A stretch of DNA of 64,000 nt, from contig CM119373.1 of the NCBI GenBank assembly GCA_051294905.1, positions 8,680,001 to 8,744,000 on the forward strand, given 5' to 3'. Under the pieces are notes generated by a model. The model had not been told where the DNA came from. It ran no database searches and worked only from the letters and a program-made list of their open reading frames with translations. Numbering within the stretch: position 1 is the stretch's first letter; each line of letters opens with the position of its first letter. The DNA comes from Botryllus schlosseri (taxonomy: Eukaryota). The translations under genes and the position numbers were made by a program. This document shows, piece by piece, positions 61,036 to 64,000 of this stretch.

Positions 61036-62216
61036 GCCATCCTTCTTCCAGCAGATGAGGTCAGGGATGTGCAGTCCGCTGGGCAGGCGGATGCGGGGTT
61101 CCGTAAGCGTCCGAAACCCGGACCTCTTGATCATCTCGGTCAAAATCTTCAGGACCGCGTTATGACGCTTTATCCGAAGGTGATAACTCTCGGGGCAGGT
61201 CTGGCTTATATGAGACAATGTCTCCGGGCGTCCACGAGACCTACACCCGGGAGCAGGGCACCCTGGGTCCACATCATTTCTTCCCCTGGCGCCTCTCGCA
61301 CGGGATTTTACCAAGTTACCACGGATTCTGATCGCTTCGATGAACCCGCGACCGCTGAGCAACTTCGTGCCTTCTGTTACCCAACGGTGAACCGCGGGGA
61401 CTTCTCGTGCTTCCGCCAGGCCCTTGCCGTCAAGCGAACGGTAGAGCAGCCTGGCGTACTCCGACTTCTCGTCGTCCAAGGCATCGACTCCAATCCCTTG
61501 AACCTTAGGCTGACCAAACCTCGTGAGCACCTTCGACACGAACCAACCATGCCCTAGTGCACTCACAAAAGGTTCGATGGAGTCCTTCATCCGGGTAAGA
61601 CGCGCTCTCTGCAAGAGGACTAGTCGAGACGCCAGGGAGGGAACTCCGAGACCACCATCCGTAACGTCGGCATGAATGAAGGCCACCGTCGTGTCCTTCG
61701 GAAGATGGAGCCATTTCCTCACATACCCTCGTACTTCAATGTCATATGTCGCCAGCATCCCGTGCGTGAGCCTCCCTTTGGAGCCACCGTAGATCAACTT
61801 GGGAATCAGATGGTTGCGTAACAAGTATAGCCTCAGTTGGGGCTTCAGGGGAGCCTCGGATAGCTCGCGCAGACCCCGGCGGAGAGTATCCCCCAGGGGT
61901 GCCCGGCAACCACCCGCGCCCACCTCCAGCCCCAGGTAACGGAACCCTTCGTCCGCACCCAATGAAGGGACCGGCGCTCCAGAAATCCGCAACGCAGCTG
62001 CCACACCTACACAACTTCGCTTACCGTCTGCACGGATAAGCAGGGACCTGCATTTGGCCGCGTTTGCTTCCAGGCCGGTCGGGGCAAGGGCGTCGAAGAA
62101 TCGCTTCAACTGCGCAAACATACCCAGCTCGGTCTCAGTCACTAGCGCGACGTCATCAGCGAACCCCAAAGCACTGACCAGGTGACCCTCGACGGTCGGA
62201 CCAATAGGCTCTAGAC
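61036..62216 (-). mobile_element. R2 family B, copy 2: RT C-terminus, thumb, CCHC and start of the REL endonuclease
   Basis: LGFADD, RYLG, GGLGVP, AIRIRGNL, CPAPGC...ETLSHISQTC, RHNAV and EP...PDLICW. Truncated at both ends. Confidence 0.9.
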
Positions 62217-62400
62217 CAGTGGTTTTCAACCGCCGGTCCGCGGACCGGTGCCGGTCCGCGACGACATTCCTGCCGGTCCGCCGAGCATATTACAATTTTA
62301 TATCTTAAATTCAAGATGCAATGTAAAAGGCTTGTCCATTGATAAAATAAATAAAACATCAAATTTAAACTGATTCAGAACTTCGTGAGGTAACATTAGG
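62217..62400. mobile_element. Charlie-like hAT left end inserted into R2-B
   Basis: CAGTGGTTTTCAACC immediately after ctctagac (NTCTAGAN-type target, also present unbroken at about 44698). The right end was not found, so the end coordinate is approximate. Confidence 0.6.
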
Positions 62401-62599
62401 GCTGGAAACATGTTCGATTTGACTTGAAGCTCGAGACGTGTTTTTGACGACATGCGAGCGACATAAGTACAGAACAGGTACGAGCTGACTCATCGCTAAA
62501 CAGCGCAGTTTGCGCGAGCAATCGCCTTCGATTCATTCATTTGTGCAGGACCATAGCCGGGGCACCCTAAAACAGCCCAATTGGAGAGGGGCTGAGCTT

Positions 62600-63067
62600 G
62601 AAAAGAGTCCGGAAGTCAATCTCACTTTTATAGTTTTGACTCAAGTCAAGTCGAGTCATTTTCAATTCACCACCGAGTCAAGTCCGAGTACAAGTCATTG
62701 TGTGGACTGATCAGTTTCGAGTTAATGTCATGTGAAACCCACTTTTCAAACCCACTTTTCACAACTCTACTCGGTGATATTGAATGCTTCTCATTCATAA
62801 TATCCTCATTTTCCTCACTTTCAATAGTTTCTGGTAGCATTTTCAATTACCAGTACTGATAGATGAAATAATATCAGTGTGATAACTTTGCTATTCTTCG
62901 AAATTACAATGAAATGCCTGTCTTGGTAGACCCAGTCTCGAGTCATATTACTTGGTTCGAGTCACGCGCAATGACTCGAGTAGGCTACAAGTCGAGTCAA
63001 TGCACAAATTGACTCGAGTCGAGTCATTTTTCATTTTTTTCAAATGAATCGAGTCATTACAACGCTG
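62600..63067. mobile_element. GACTCGAGTC hAT MITE family copy lacking its left TIR
   Basis: Homologous to 12960-13474; ends ...GAGTCATTACAACGCTG. Confidence 0.75.
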
Positions 63068-64000
63068 ATGAACATAAATCATAGCGTAATTTTTTGAAAC
63101 TTTTTCTAACATTTTTCAATTTCTTTTCGTGCTTTGCACGATTTAGGGTCACTGAATGTATTGCTTATTAGGTGCCATTCTCCGAGAAATTCGCATGATT
63201 TATAGAAATAGGCATTTTGGTCGTCAGCCATTACCGCGCGATGACGTACCAACACATAATAATGGAGCTTAGGCTGACATGGCACTACGAAAGACGTGCC
63301 AATAATTCGGCAGCGAGAAAACCGATTGAGTCATGAATGATGGAGAATTTTTGCTATTGGCGCGATTAAGCTACCCAAATTCTTTGCACACACTGAGTAC
63401 AATGAATGTGCACACAAGTACAGGTGAAAACATCCTCCCAACTGTAGGGTCTGGGGGCGAAGCCCCCAGAAGTTTGGCTTATTGCCATGTGGGACCCACC
63501 AAGACCAACGCTTTTGAGGCTGGGCTGACGAAATGCTTTTCAGGCAGGTATGTCTGGTATAGTTGCTGTATAGTGTTTTCTTGCGTCACGCATTGTATTC
63601 GTAGTTGCCAGAGTAGCCTCTGTGTCCTGTGGCAGTGGGCAAGGAGCAAGGTAGCACGACAAGGTGCTTGGTTCGACTTCGATATTGTCGAATAGAAGAA
63701 TATAATTCGAGTTGCCGTGGTCGATTAAACCCACAGCCTTCGGCGCGAAAGACTGTAAACGATTCTCGACGGTAGCACGTTTATCTGGACAAGGCAATTT
63801 TACCTCGACTCAGCAGACTAACTACCATAAAATCACATGGATGGCATCATGAAGACTGACTACCATAAAATCACATGGATGGCATCATGAAGATAATTAA
63901 TTACGATCAAGACCTTCTAAATGTCGCTCTCTAGCACCATAGAATTTCAAAAAAAAAAACGGTTGCTTGCTTTACATTCTAACTTCATTTCAATTTTGAA

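Overview
This is a eukaryotic (animal, probably invertebrate) AT-rich window made almost entirely of transposon debris. No intact host housekeeping gene, no CRISPR array and no prokaryotic features were found. The left half (1-37 kb) is nested DNA-transposon debris: CACTA/EnSpm with a Chapaev3-like insert, a piggyBac-type MITE, many hAT MITEs with 8-bp TSDs, pogo-like, Harbinger and P-element-like transposases, a U6 fragment and a SINE head. It also holds two inverted, decayed paralogous blocks of compact overlapping ORFs of unknown, possibly viral, origin, and a 968-bp hAT-bounded unit carrying an intact 204-aa non-transposase ORF. The right half is dominated by a head-to-tail array of R2 non-LTR retrotransposons from at least two, possibly three, families. 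The array is built around short, rearranged 28S rRNA fragments rather than an rDNA unit. It is fused in frame to the DDE transposase of an ISL2EU-type element whose partner gene is a spliced SAP-SWIM-YqaJ nuclease. The ISL2EU+R2 block is present twice (about 37.9-44.7 kb and 54.2-62.2 kb), with a sharp step in divergence between its two parts. Family assignments come from recognised motifs, not database searches; identities are hand estimates.
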